From an uncultured Burkholderiales bacterium (GTDB taxonomy: Bacteria; Pseudomonadota; Gammaproteobacteria; Burkholderiales; Burkholderiaceae_C), in NCBI GenBank assembly GCA_943908475.1, contig CALTTG010000016.1, forward strand, positions 6,582-70,581: a stretch of 64,000 nucleotides of DNA, read 5' to 3'. Positions 9,695-21,150 of this stretch are shown piece after piece (positions within the stretch are counted from its first letter, which is position 1; the number at the start of each line of letters is the position of its first letter). The notes beneath the pieces were generated by a model, which was not told the origin of the DNA, made no database searches, and saw nothing but the letters and a program-made list of their open reading frames with translations. Made by a program: the position numbers and the translations under genes.

Positions 9695-11553
9695 CGGGGG
9701 GCGTACTCCGGCACCAGCGCATGCAAGCGCTGACGCAGTTGCACGGGGGTCGGCACATCTTCTTCGCGGGCCAATGCGAGCATGCGCTCGATCCAGTCGG
9801 CCGGGAGCTCGCCGCGCAACTGGGCCAGTCGCAAGCGCGGATGGGGCGTCGCCAAGGTCTCGTCCGCATCGGCCAGCAACTCTTCGTAGAGCTTTTCGCC
9901 GGGACGCAGGCCACTGAACACGATGGGAATCTCGGCTTCGGTGTGCCCAGAGAGTCGAATCATTTCGCGGGCCAAATCGGCGATCTTGATGGGCTGCCCC
10001 ATGTCCATCACAAAGACCTGCCCCGACTCGGCCAGGGCAGCCGCCTGAAGCACCAGCTGAGAGGCCTCAGGGATGGTCATGAAGTAACGGGTGATCTCAG
10101 GGTGGGTGACGGTGACGGGCCCCCCTTTGCCGATCTGCTCCTTGAACTTGGGGATCACGCTGCCGCTGGAGCCCAGCACGTTGCCAAACCGAACCGCCAT
10201 GAAGCGGGTCTGGGGCGCTTGGCCGGCCCAATGTGACACCACCATCTCGGCAGCGCGCTTGGTGGCCCCCATCACGTTGGTGGGGTTGACCGCCTTGTCG
10301 GTGGAGATGAGCACAAAACGGCGCACGCCATGCTCTGCCGCCGCCTGGGCCGCCAAATAGGTGCCCAGGGTGTTGTTTCGGACCGCAATCCAGGCGTTTT
10401 CGTCCTCCATCAGGGGAACGTGTTTGTAGGCCGCGGCATGGAACACCAGGCCCGGCCGGTATTGCGCCATCACCCGACGCAAGGTAGGCAGGTCTTTCAC
10501 ATCGCCCACCAGACGAGACAGTGGCAAGTGCGGGAAGCGCTCGCTCAGGTCTTGCTCCACTTGGTACAGGGCGAACTCGCTGAGCTCGAACAGCACCAGC
10601 CGGGTGGGGCCGAAACGGGCGATCTGGCGGCACAACTCCGAGCCGATCGAGCCCCCCGCACCCGTGACCAGCACCACCTCGCCGCCGATCAAGGCCGACA
10701 AGGCCGACTCATCCAGGGACACCTTGTCGCGGCCCAAGAGGTCCTCGGGCTCGATGTCGCGCACGCGGTCAATGCGAGAGCGCCCTTCTCGCAACTCATC
10801 GGCCGAGGGCACCGTCACGACGGGCAGGCCGGCCTCGGCGGCCAAGTCCAGCGCCCGTTTGCGCTGGGGCCCGGTGGCCGATGGCATGGCCAAAATCAAG
10901 TGCGTGACGCCCTCCAGCACCTCGGCGTCGCGGAGTTTGTCCAGCCCCCCCAGCACGGTCACGCCGGCGACCCGGGCGCCGTGCTTGCGCGCGTCGTCGT
11001 CCAGCAGGCCATGAACCGTCCAGCCGCGGTGCTGGATGCCGGCGATCAACAACTTGCCTGCCGCGCCGGCGCCCAGCACCAGCGCATGCTGCCCGGTGGC
11101 GTCACCGCCGCGCGTGCGTGCGCGCGCCTGCTCGTGGGCCATGCGAACCAGCATGCGTGCCAAGCTGAGGGTGACGAGTGCAAACACCGGGTGAAGCGCC
11201 AGCACCGCCCGAGGAATCTCCACCAACTGGGCCATGAGGACCACGACGGCACTGGCGAGCCCGGCCCCCAGGCACACCCAACCCAGCCGGGCAATTTCGT
11301 GAAAGCTCAGGTAACGCCAAGCCGCTTTGGGCACACCCAGGGCCCAGGACACGGCCGCGTACACCGCCAACACCCCCAACAGGACGCCACTGTCGTAGCT
11401 CGGGCGCTCGTGCAACCAACGTTCGAACCCCAGGCGAAACAGGTACGTGGCATGCCAGGCCACGGCAATCAACAAGGAATCGACCAGCAACACCACACCG
11501 GCGCGACGGGTGCGCAAACGGTCCAGCAATGGGGCAATGCGATTCCAGATCAT
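9685..11553 (-). CDS. Polysaccharide biosynthesis protein, PglF/CapD/WbpM family (membrane-anchored UDP-GlcNAc 4,6-dehydratase)
   Basis: ORF track 9685..11625. I prefer the start at MIWNRIAPLLDRLRTRRAGVVLLVDSLL (ATG at 11553). N-terminal TM helices, then NAD-binding VLVTGAGGSIGSELCRQI and a YKHVPLME-type active-site region. The 3' end overlaps the hybrid kinase stop convergently by 10 nt. Confidence 0.85.
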   Translation of the reverse strand: MIWNRIAPLLDRLRTRRAGVVLLVDSLLIAVAWHATYLFRLGFERWLHERPSYDSGVLLGVLAVYAAVSWALGVPKAAWRYLSFHEIARLGWVCLGAGLASAVVVLMAQLVEIPRAVLALHPVFALVTLSLARMLVRMAHEQARARTRGGDATGQHALVLGAGAAGKLLIAGIQHRGWTVHGLLDDDARKHGARVAGVTVLGGLDKLRDAEVLEGVTHLILAMPSATGPQRKRALDLAAEAGLPVVTVPSADELREGRSRIDRVRDIEPEDLLGRDKVSLDESALSALIGGEVVLVTGAGGSIGSELCRQIARFGPTRLVLFELSEFALYQVEQDLSERFPHLPLSRLVGDVKDLPTLRRVMAQYRPGLVFHAAAYKHVPLMEDENAWIAVRNNTLGTYLAAQAAAEHGVRRFVLISTDKAVNPTNVMGATKRAAEMVVSHWAGQAPQTRFMAVRFGNVLGSSGSVIPKFKEQIGKGGPVTVTHPEITRYFMTIPEASQLVLQAAALAESGQVFVMDMGQPIKIADLAREMIRLSGHTEAEIPIVFSGLRPGEKLYEELLADADETLATPHPRLRLAQLRGELPADWIERMLALAREEDVPTPVQLRQRLHALVPEYAPRQG

Positions 11554-11725
11554 GGCGAACGGGCTCAGGCGTGACAAACCCTCGATTGTGCGACGGGAAC
11601 GCCCGTTTCGGCGCGAGCGCCCCACGATTCAAGTGGGCCGAGCCGATGGCCGATAAAACCCGCAAGGACAGGGCCATCTGGGGCCTTGCCGTGCAGTCAC
11701 GGGTGCCCCGTCACCCCGGAGAAAC

Positions 11726-13141
11726 ATGCCGATGACCGAGACCACATCGCCCATGGACCGTTTCATCCCTGACGCCTTGCGTCAGGACCCGGTCTCCCAT
11801 GCTCGGGCCAAAAATGCCGTGGGCTTTGCCCTGGTGGCCCTCCTCGCGGCGCCGCCATTCGCGGGCATCTACTGGTGGCAGCAACACCCAGGCGCCTCCC
11901 TCGGCATCCTGGGAGTGCTGGTGGCCAGCTTGGGTGCCGTGACCGTGATGAACCTGATGGGCAAGCTCTGGCTGACCAACCTGATGTCCATCACATCGCT
12001 GTTCCTGCTGTTCAACTATTTGGCCTGGAGCCTCGGGGGCGATCCGTCCCTGTCGGTCACGGCCTGGTACGCGATGGTGCCGGTGGTGGCCACCTTCTTG
12101 GGGGGCATGAAGGTCGGGCTGTGGTGGCTGGGCATCACCAGCGTGTCGGCGGTGGCCATGGCGGCGGCCTGGTACGCCGGCTGGAGCTTCCCGAAGAACC
12201 CGCTGGCGCAGCCGCAAATCATGTACACGATCAGCACACTGGGCTTCATCCCGTCCATCGGACTGCTGGCCGTTTTCTTTCAGATGTCAAAAAATCAGAG
12301 CGATGCAGCGCGGTCCGAACAGGTCAAGACGATCGAGTCCCTGATGGCGGAGGTCAGTCACCAAAGCCGCACCGTGGAGCAACTGGTCAGCGACATGGTC
12401 GGCGCCCTGTCTCAGCAAAGCGAGCAGGCGTCCGCCCTCCATGTCGCCTCAGATGCCAACCACCGCCTGGCCTCCAGCGTGGAGGCCGCGTCCACCACAC
12501 TGGCCCAAGAGGCCGACCTCGCCAAGGCACGCGCCGTGTCGGGCGCGTCGGTGGTCAATGGCGCCATCACGTCGGCGGAGTCGCTGGCCGAATCCATCGG
12601 GCAGGCAGACCAACTGGTCAAGACCCTTCAGTCGCGCTCACAGGGCATCTCTGAGATCGCCGACAAGATCAAAAGCCTGGCCTTCCAGACCAACATCTTG
12701 GCGCTCAATGCCACCATCGAGGCGGCTCATGCGGGCGCCCAGGGCAAGGGCTTTGCCGTGGTGGCCGACAACGTTCGAAAGCTGGCGGGCGAGGCGGGTG
12801 ATGCCGCCACCGCGATCAGCGAAGACCTGGGGGTGGTGCTGGCGCACATTTCACGCACCGGCCGCTTGCTGGACGACAGCCGTGAGACGGCCGAAATGGG
12901 CCGAGCCAGTGCCGCGCAGGCCAGAGACTCCTTGCAGGCCATCATCGATTCGGTCAACACCCTCAACACCGAAGCGGCCCGACTCCAGCAAACCAGCCAC
13001 GAGCAGTTGGGACACAACGAGCAGGTTCAACGACACGCCGCCGACATGGAAAGCGGCATCAGCCATGTCGTGCAAGGATCATCGTCGATCAAGCAGGCCA
13101 TGGACCAACTGAGCCGCCACCTGCAAACCGTGTCGATCTGA
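11726..13141 (+). CDS. Methyl-accepting chemotaxis protein (multi-TM N-terminus, no periplasmic ligand domain)
   Basis: 471 aa. MCP signalling domain with the highly conserved block [49 protein letters not shown]-terminal ~190 aa are hydrophobic helices. Confidence 0.75.
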   Translation: MPMTETTSPMDRFIPDALRQDPVSHARAKNAVGFALVALLAAPPFAGIYWWQQHPGASLGILGVLVASLGAVTVMNLMGKLWLTNLMSITSLFLLFNYLAWSLGGDPSLSVTAWYAMVPVVATFLGGMKVGLWWLGITSVSAVAMAAAWYAGWSFPKNPLAQPQIMYTISTLGFIPSIGLLAVFFQMSKNQSDAARSEQVKTIESLMAEVSHQSRTVEQLVSDMVGALSQQSEQASALHVASDANHRLASSVEAASTTLAQEADLAKARAVSGASVVNGAITSAESLAESIGQADQLVKTLQSRSQGISEIADKIKSLAFQTNILALNATIEAAHAGAQGKGFAVVADNVRKLAGEAGDAATAISEDLGVVLAHISRTGRLLDDSRETAEMGRASAAQARDSLQAIIDSVNTLNTEAARLQQTSHEQLGHNEQVQRHAADMESGISHVVQGSSSIKQAMDQLSRHLQTVSI

Positions 13142-13169
13142 ACTGATCGGATCAGATCAGGCCGACAGA

Positions 13170-13772
13170 TCAGCGACTGATGATGGCCACCAGCGTGCGC
13201 CAGATCAGCCGCACATCGAGCCACACCGAGGCCTGGTCCACATAGCGGGCCGCCAGGGCCAGCTTGTGCGGCAGCACCTCGTGGATGTAGGCGTGCTCGG
13301 GGTCGGCCGCACGGGCCAGCACGGTGCTTTCGTCGCGGTATTCGATCGAGGCGATGTCGGTGATGCCCGGGCGCACCGACAACACCTTGGCCTTGATCTC
13401 GGCCGGGTACACGGCCACATAGCGCGGCACCTCGGGGCGTGGGCCCACCAGGCTCATGTCACCCCACCATACGTCGAGCAGCTGCGGCAGCTCGTCGAGC
13501 TTGCTGGCGCGCAGGAAATGGCCCACGCGGGTGATGCGGGCATCGGCCCCCACGGTGATCTGCAGGCCCTGCCCCTCCGGCGCATGGCGCATGGTGCGGA
13601 ACTTGTGGATGTGAAATGGCACGCCATGCCGGCCCACACGCTCTTGGCGGAAGAACACCGGCCCGGGCGAATCAAGCTTCACGGCCAGCGCAATGAGCAG
13701 CAGCACCGGGGCCAGCGCCAGCAGGCCCAGTGAAGACATCATCCAATCGAACACGCGCTTGGCCATCAACAA
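13170..13772 (-). CDS. Small sugar transferase (bacterial sugar transferase domain only; PglC/WbaP-C-terminal-like undecaprenyl-phosphate hexosamine-1-phosphate transferase)
   Basis: 200 aa. Single N-terminal TM, then the conserved motifs [19 protein letters not shown] and [21 protein letters not shown]. Confidence 0.8.
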   Translation of the reverse strand: MLMAKRVFDWMMSSLGLLALAPVLLLIALAVKLDSPGPVFFRQERVGRHGVPFHIHKFRTMRHAPEGQGLQITVGADARITRVGHFLRASKLDELPQLLDVWWGDMSLVGPRPEVPRYVAVYPAEIKAKVLSVRPGITDIASIEYRDESTVLARAADPEHAYIHEVLPHKLALAARYVDQASVWLDVRLIWRTLVAIISR

Positions 13773-13795
13773 AATCCCGTCAACCGCACGTGGGC

Positions 13796-14977
13796 TCAGC
13801 GGCCAAAGGTCTTGCGCACGGCCGTGATCACGCGCTCGACGTCGGCATCGGTCATGCGGGTGTACAGCGGCAGGCTCACCATGCGCTCGTAAGCCTTCTG
13901 GCTGTGCGGGAACTGCGCGGGCTGCAGGTCGTAGCGCTCTTTCCAGTAGGGGTGCAGGTGCAGCGGGATGTAGTGCACGCTCACGCCGATGCCGTCGGCG
14001 AACAGGCTGTCGATCAGCTGATCGCGCGTGATGGTGGCGGCATCCGAGAGGCGCACCACGTACAGGTGCCAGGCGTGCAGGTCGCCCGCGTGCTGAGGGC
14101 GCGGCGGCAGCACCAGGGGCAGATCGGCGAGGGCCTCGTCGAAGCGGGTGGCAATCTGCTCGCGGCGCGTCTGGAAACCATCGATGCGCCGGAGCTGGTG
14201 CAGGCCCAAAGCCGCAGCGATGTCGGTCAAGTTGTACTTGAAGCCGGGCGCCACGATCTCGTAGTACCAGCTCGGCACCTTGGCCGTGAAACGGTCAAAA
14301 GCATCGCGGTTGATGCCGTGCAGGCGCATGACCTTGGCACGTGCGGCCAGTTCGGCGTTGCGCGTGACCAGCATGCCGCCTTCGCCCGTGGTCATGGTCT
14401 TGTTGGCGTAGAAGCTGAAGACGATGGCATCGCTGGCATGCAAGCCCACCAACTGCCCCTTGAAGGTGGTGGGCAGGGCATGGGCCGCGTCTTCGACCAC
14501 CTTCAGGCCGTGGCGCCGGGCGATGTCGTGGATGGCGTCCATGTCGACGGCCAGGCCCGCGTAGTGCACGGGCATGATGCACTTGGTGCGCGGCGTGATG
14601 GCCGCCTCGATGGCCGCCGGGTCAATGTTCAGCGTGGCCGGGTCGATGTCGACCAGCTTCACGTCGGCGCCCAGGTAACGCACCACCTCGGCCGTGGCCG
14701 TGAAGGTGTGCGTGGTGGTGATCACTTCATCGCCCGGGCCAATGCCCAGGGCCTCCAAGGCCAGGTGCAAGCCAGCCGTGGCCGAGTTCACCGCGATACA
14801 GTGCAGGCCGTGATCGCCCGCCTGCCCACCGTTCAGGTAGGTGCCAAACGCTTCTTCGAACTTGCGGGCCTTGGGGCCGGTGGTGACCCAGCCCGACCGC
14901 AGGGTGTCGACCACTTCGGCAATTTCTTCTTCGCCGATCTCCGGCAGTGCGAACGGCAGGAAGTTGGTTGGGCTCAT
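13796..14977 (-). CDS. DegT/DnrJ/EryC1/StrS-family PLP aminotransferase (UDP-4-amino-4,6-dideoxy-hexosamine aminotransferase, PglE/WbpE-like)
   Basis: 393 aa. [30 protein letters not shown] at the N-terminus. The ...[14 protein letters not shown]... segment carries the PLP-lysine motif (Lys in YANK). Confidence 0.85.
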   Translation of the reverse strand: MSPTNFLPFALPEIGEEEIAEVVDTLRSGWVTTGPKARKFEEAFGTYLNGGQAGDHGLHCIAVNSATAGLHLALEALGIGPGDEVITTTHTFTATAEVVRYLGADVKLVDIDPATLNIDPAAIEAAITPRTKCIMPVHYAGLAVDMDAIHDIARRHGLKVVEDAAHALPTTFKGQLVGLHASDAIVFSFYANKTMTTGEGGMLVTRNAELAARAKVMRLHGINRDAFDRFTAKVPSWYYEIVAPGFKYNLTDIAAALGLHQLRRIDGFQTRREQIATRFDEALADLPLVLPPRPQHAGDLHAWHLYVVRLSDAATITRDQLIDSLFADGIGVSVHYIPLHLHPYWKERYDLQPAQFPHSQKAYERMVSLPLYTRMTDADVERVITAVRKTFGR

Positions 14978-15004
14978 GCAAATCTCTCAAACAGGTCGAA
15001 GGAA

Positions 15005-16117
15005 TCAGCGCTGTGCCGCAGCACCGCGGGTCAGGCGCCCGAAGGCGGGGTCGGGCTGCCCACGTGTGAGGGCATCCCACCAGCCCCGCAGGGACCCCAG
15101 CCCGTAGCCAAGGTGATAGGCCGCGATCACCGCCGGCAAGTGGGCCATCAGGTCGGCCCCCTTGTCACGTGCAATGGTGCGACTGATGAGCCAGACTGCG
15201 GCGCCATAAGCCAGCACCAAGGCCAGCAAGGTGAGCGAGCTGCCCAGCATGGCCCAGACCGCGGCGTCGCGCACCGGGCCCATGGGCAGGAACTGCACGC
15301 ACAGCCCGCCCACCAGCGACAGCCCATACAAAGCCATCAGGGTGCCCACAAACGCACCGGGAATCAGATGGCGCCAAGCCGCAGCCTGGCCATGCTTTTT
15401 CATGACAAAGGGCTTCCAGTAGCCGTACTGCCGGTACTGGCGGAACACGTCCATCTTGCTGGCACGAGGGAAGTAGGTGGAACGGATGTCGGCCGACTGC
15501 CAGACCTTGCCACCGCCCTTGTGGATGCGCAAGTTGTGCTCATCGTCTTGGTTGCGCACCAGTTGCTCATCAAAACCACCGAAGCGTTCGAACGTGGTTT
15601 TGGGCCAGGCCCCCAGATACACCGTGTCGACCCACCCCCGGTAGCCCAGGTCGCGGGACAAGGCTCCTCCCGCCACCAGCCTGGATTGGAAAGCTGCCGC
15701 CACCGCCCGTTGCACCGTGCCCGCCGGACCTGGCTGCCCCTCGGCCTTCCACGGGCCGCCCACGTTGTCCGCGCCGGTGGCCAGCCAAGTGGCCAGGCAT
15801 TGGGCCACGTAGTCCGGGGCGTACACGGTGTGCACATCCAGTCGCACAATGAACTCGCCATCGGCGCGCTCGATGCAGCGGTTCAAGCCACACGACACGA
15901 TCCGGCCCGGGTTGTCGATCATCAGAAAACGAGGGTCTCGGCGGCACCGAGCCTGGAGCCGGTCTCGCGTGCCATCGTCACTCATGCCATCGGCGATCAA
16001 GACCTGGCACTGCCACCCCGTGGGCAAGGCTTGCGCAGAAACGCTGTCGCAAAACGCCTCGATGTGATCGACCTCGTTGCGGCAGGGCACGATCACCGAC
16101 ACGGTGCGCATGCTCAT
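15005..16117 (-). CDS. Family-2 glycosyltransferase with C-terminal membrane segments
   Basis: The most likely start is MSMRTVSVIVPCRNEVDHIEAF (the GT2 VIVPxxNE motif), which overlaps the stop of the upstream GT4 gene in an ATGA junction. The ORF track extends it to 16189. DxD-like LIADGMSDDGT. Confidence 0.7.
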   Translation of the reverse strand: MSMRTVSVIVPCRNEVDHIEAFCDSVSAQALPTGWQCQVLIADGMSDDGTRDRLQARCRRDPRFLMIDNPGRIVSCGLNRCIERADGEFIVRLDVHTVYAPDYVAQCLATWLATGADNVGGPWKAEGQPGPAGTVQRAVAAAFQSRLVAGGALSRDLGYRGWVDTVYLGAWPKTTFERFGGFDEQLVRNQDDEHNLRIHKGGGKVWQSADIRSTYFPRASKMDVFRQYRQYGYWKPFVMKKHGQAAAWRHLIPGAFVGTLMALYGLSLVGGLCVQFLPMGPVRDAAVWAMLGSSLTLLALVLAYGAAVWLISRTIARDKGADLMAHLPAVIAAYHLGYGLGSLRGWWDALTRGQPDPAFGRLTRGAAAQR

Positions 16118-17238
16118 GCCCGGCCTCCGCGTGCCTGAGCCGCCAGGGCTTTGGAGCAGGGTTTGAGCAGCTGCGCGTACAGGGCCCACATCCGGTCCAT
16201 TTGCCCTCGACGCGAGGCCTCACGCTCGATGCGATCGCGGTTGAAAGCGCCCATTGCCCGGGCCTGGTCAGGGTGGTCGTGCGCTTGAACCAGGGCCTGG
16301 GTGACGGCGTCGACATCACGCACCGGGGCGATCCAGCCCCCGCGGGCATCGATCCATTGCCGATTGGCCGGCAGGTCTGAGGCAATGATGGGCAGGCCGC
16401 AGGCCATGGACTCCAGCACCGACACCGAGGTCGCGTCACTGGTGGGCACCGAGACCGAGACACTGGCGCGCTGGATGGCCTCGACCATGGCCTGGTCGCC
16501 CACCCGTCCGTGGAACTTCACCTGCTGCAACAAACGCAAGGCGGCCACGCGATCCTCCAGCGCCGCCGCCATCGAGCCTCCACCCAACAAATGCAGGCGA
16601 GCATGCGAATGAGGACGCAAACTCACGAAGCGCGCAAACGCCTCGATGATCAGGTCGATGTTGTAGTTGGGCTCCCAGCTGCGCAAGCTGACGACCTCAA
16701 AGTCCGAGGCCGGCTCGCCCGGGCAGAACTTGTCCGTGTCGGCCCCCCACAGAATCTGGTGTGCCGGCGCCGATGGGTGGTAGGTCGCGATTTCGTCCAC
16801 CATGTCCAGCGAGTCGGCCGTGATCAAATCAGCACGGCGCAAGGACCAGCCCACCACCCACCGCATCAGCCGGCTCTCGCGCGGCGTGACCAAGATGTCA
16901 GAGCCCCAAGCCGTGAGCACGATCGGCGCGTTCACACCACACGCGGCAGCCCACAACCCGTACGAGGTCACGTAATGGCCGTGAACCATGTCGGGCTTGA
17001 AGCGGCGACTGACTTGGGCCGCGACGCGCCGCACCTCAGGCAGGGCCTTGAACCAACTGAGCTTGTCGGCACCCGGTCGGATGGCGATCACCTCGTCGGC
17101 ACCGGGCACTTCGGCGGGCTGGCGCGTGATGACCACGGCGCGAGCACCACGCTCAACCACCGCCGCCACCCAGCGCCGGGTGTGCACGCTGGCGGCATCG
17201 GCAAAGAACAGGATGCGCTCAGGGCCCTTGACGGTCAT
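16114..17238 (-). CDS. Family-4 (group 1) glycosyltransferase
   Basis: 374 aa. GT4 C-terminal signature ...HGRVGDQAMVEAIQRASVSVSVPTSDATSVSVLESMACGLPIIASD. 4-nt overlap with the acetyltransferase gene upstream. Confidence 0.7.
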   Translation of the reverse strand: MTVKGPERILFFADAASVHTRRWVAAVVERGARAVVITRQPAEVPGADEVIAIRPGADKLSWFKALPEVRRVAAQVSRRFKPDMVHGHYVTSYGLWAAACGVNAPIVLTAWGSDILVTPRESRLMRWVVGWSLRRADLITADSLDMVDEIATYHPSAPAHQILWGADTDKFCPGEPASDFEVVSLRSWEPNYNIDLIIEAFARFVSLRPHSHARLHLLGGGSMAAALEDRVAALRLLQQVKFHGRVGDQAMVEAIQRASVSVSVPTSDATSVSVLESMACGLPIIASDLPANRQWIDARGGWIAPVRDVDAVTQALVQAHDHPDQARAMGAFNRDRIEREASRRGQMDRMWALYAQLLKPCSKALAAQARGGRA

Positions 17239-17975
17239 GCCCGCCCTCCATGGCGCCCCAGGCGCGAGGCGGCGTGCGCCAACGCCTTGTGAAGGCTGTC
17301 ATGCCCCGCCCACTCGGCGTAGATGGCATGCAATTCCGGATGCTTGGCCAGCAAAGAGGCATCCACCTCCCGCGTATCGCCCATCACCACCGCCGGCTGC
17401 CCCATCACCTTCGGGCCGACGATGGCAAAGTCAGGCACCTCGCCCGACACGAAGCTGAACGCTTGCACGATCACGCCCTTGCCGATGCGCGTGCCCGGGG
17501 CGATGATGCTGTGGGGACCGATGAAACTGTAGGCGCCGATGTGGGTGGCCCTGCGCACATAGCCCACGGGGTCCGGATGCCCGTAATACTGCCGCCCCAT
17601 GATGCGCACCGATCGGTGGCTGGAATGACTGAGCACCGACACGTAGTTGGTGACCTGCACGCCTTCGTCAATGACCAAGCCATTGGAGCCATCGATGCGA
17701 TTGAAATGGCCGATGAAAATGTGATCGGCCAGCGTGATGCCCTCGGGGCATTCGAAACAGGTGTGGGTGCTGAAGCGCGTGTTGGGGCAATACCCGCTGC
17801 GCGTGTTTTGCCATCCGTACACGATGCGCGGCCCCGTCCACATGGACCACAGTCGGGCCACGGCACGTTTGATGGATTGGGGAATGGCGGACATGAACTC
17901 GGTGGCAGATTCAAACCGCGTATTGTCGCCGCTGGCGACCCCTGCCTGCAGCAGCCCCCTCGAACAAGCCCCCAC
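17235..17975 (-). CDS. Hexapeptide-repeat (left-handed beta-helix) acyl/acetyltransferase, PglD/WbpD-like sugar N-acetyltransferase candidate
   Basis: Hexapeptide repeats IGAYSFIGPHSIIAPGTRIGKGVIVQAFSFV. The true start may be the internal MSAIPQSIKR (about 17894). The ORF-track N-terminus is GC-extended. Confidence 0.6.
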   Translation of the reverse strand: MGACSRGLLQAGVASGDNTRFESATEFMSAIPQSIKRAVARLWSMWTGPRIVYGWQNTRSGYCPNTRFSTHTCFECPEGITLADHIFIGHFNRIDGSNGLVIDEGVQVTNYVSVLSHSSHRSVRIMGRQYYGHPDPVGYVRRATHIGAYSFIGPHSIIAPGTRIGKGVIVQAFSFVSGEVPDFAIVGPKVMGQPAVVMGDTREVDASLLAKHPELHAIYAEWAGHDSLHKALAHAASRLGRHGGRA

Positions 17976-17996
17976 GAGTTCGGGATGACGCGCGGG

Positions 17997-19322
17997 TCAT
18001 GCCCACAATGCCCGCCACGGCAGGCGAGCATGGCGCAGGAACACCGCATACGCCACCGAAATGGCCAGGAGGTAGCCCAGGGTCGACGCGACCGCCGCCC
18101 CCACTGCCCCATGGGCAGGCGCCAGCACCCAACCCAGCGACACATTGATCAGCAAAGACAGGCCCGCGATGGCGCCCGACAAATGGGGTTTGCCCAAGTG
18201 GTTGGTGTAAAACGCCGAGAGGCTGGACGCGGCGGCATACGCCGCGACACCAGGCAACAAGGCGGCCAAAGGCATCACCGAGGCCGCGTAGGCCTCGCCC
18301 ATGATCCAAGGGAGCCCCCACCACGCGCCGGCCAGCAGCACCGGCGCGGCCACCAACGTGGCCAGCACATTGATGCGCACGGCCTGCACCGTGGTCTGAG
18401 CGGCCACCTGTCGGTCAGGGTGTCCGATTTTCGAATAGGCCGACACCGACACCGACGACGACAGCAGCCACAACAGCTCTGCCACACTGACTGCCACGGA
18501 ATACGTGCCGACCACCGACAAGCCGTGGTGACGCTCGACCAGAAACAACGATGCGCGATAGTTCAGCAAACTGATCACATTCGTCAGGCCAATGACGGCC
18601 ACGAAGCCCGCGTCGTGCCACCAACGCGGCCGAGGGGTCAAAGGCTGGATGCCCTGATCCTCGCGCGCTTCATCACGCTGCTTGGCGGCATGCAAGGCGT
18701 ACAAAGCGGTGGCCACGGCCACCAACGACTTGCCCAACACCCAGGCCGTGAGCACCAGCACCACCATCGGGGTCTGGCGGGTCGTGCTCGACAGCAGCCA
18801 CCAAACCACCGACAAGCCAGACAGCACCGACAAAGGCGCGGCCACCTGGGCCACATTCAGGGGCCACATTCGCCCTTGCCCCAGCCACAGACCGGTCGCG
18901 GTGGGCACCAGCAGCAAAAACGGGGCGGCCAAAGCCAGCAACCACAGTTGCGCATAGGGCATCGTCTTGGTCGACCAGGACACTGCCAGCAACACCATCG
19001 AGCCCAAGAGGCCCAAGCCGACTGCCGCACGCAACACGCTGCGCAACAAAGGGGCCGCCATGCCCGCTTCTCCGGCCTCTTGGCGCGAGACCTGCCGCGC
19101 CAGCCAAAGGCCCAGCCCAGAAAACAGGGTCAAGACCACCGACTCCACGGCCACAAAAAGCGCAAACGCCCCCTGAACGCGGGGCCCTTGCCGCGCCACC
19201 AGCACCGTGATGGCCAGCCCCAACGCGACGATGAGCAGCTTGGCCACGAGGTTGCCCAGCGCTGCGCGTGGGATGGCAGCCCAGGCCTGCAGGATCTTGG
19301 ACGACAACGCTTGCACGGACAT
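17997..19322 (-). CDS. Oligosaccharide/polysaccharide flippase (Wzx-like, MOP superfamily)
   Basis: 441 aa, about 12 predicted TM helices, basic loops. Typical position at the head of a glycan operon. Confidence 0.7.
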   Translation of the reverse strand: MSVQALSSKILQAWAAIPRAALGNLVAKLLIVALGLAITVLVARQGPRVQGAFALFVAVESVVLTLFSGLGLWLARQVSRQEAGEAGMAAPLLRSVLRAAVGLGLLGSMVLLAVSWSTKTMPYAQLWLLALAAPFLLLVPTATGLWLGQGRMWPLNVAQVAAPLSVLSGLSVVWWLLSSTTRQTPMVVLVLTAWVLGKSLVAVATALYALHAAKQRDEAREDQGIQPLTPRPRWWHDAGFVAVIGLTNVISLLNYRASLFLVERHHGLSVVGTYSVAVSVAELLWLLSSSVSVSAYSKIGHPDRQVAAQTTVQAVRINVLATLVAAPVLLAGAWWGLPWIMGEAYAASVMPLAALLPGVAAYAAASSLSAFYTNHLGKPHLSGAIAGLSLLINVSLGWVLAPAHGAVGAAVASTLGYLLAISVAYAVFLRHARLPWRALWA

Positions 19323-19383
19323 AAGCGCCCATTGTCGCCCACGGTTTCATACAATCGAGGGTTTGATCCCTCTGCTGCGCACC

Positions 19384-20913
<1,530 letters not shown>

Positions 20914-20982
20914 CCCGCTTACATCTGTTCACACGAGTCCCTCGCATTGGGGGCAACGAAAGGCAGCCGGCACACGGACAAT

Positions 20983-21001
20983 GTGAAACACAACGTTTCA
21001 C
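20983..21001. promoter_or_regulatory. Perfect inverted repeat GTGAAAC-ACAAC-GTTTCAC in the lysS-autotransporter intergenic region
   Basis: Seen directly. 7-bp arms and a 5-nt loop, with no T-tract after it. More likely a dimeric regulator site than a terminator. Confidence 0.3.
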
Positions 21002-21150
21002 CCCCGTGGCCGGCCTCGAAGCCTGCAACGTCAGAACAAGCATCAGGGAGCGGCGCCTCGACAGCGTCACCAATGCCTGCACCGACCCGCGCCTTCGCGG
21101 CGGTGCAGTGGCTGACGACGCGTGCGCTCAAAAGGCTGGCACTTCATGCC

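Noticed and set aside
13730-16138. 802-aa plus-strand ORF across the glycan locus
   Set aside because: Antisense to the aminotransferase and GT2 genes, with an implausible His/Gly/Arg-rich composition.
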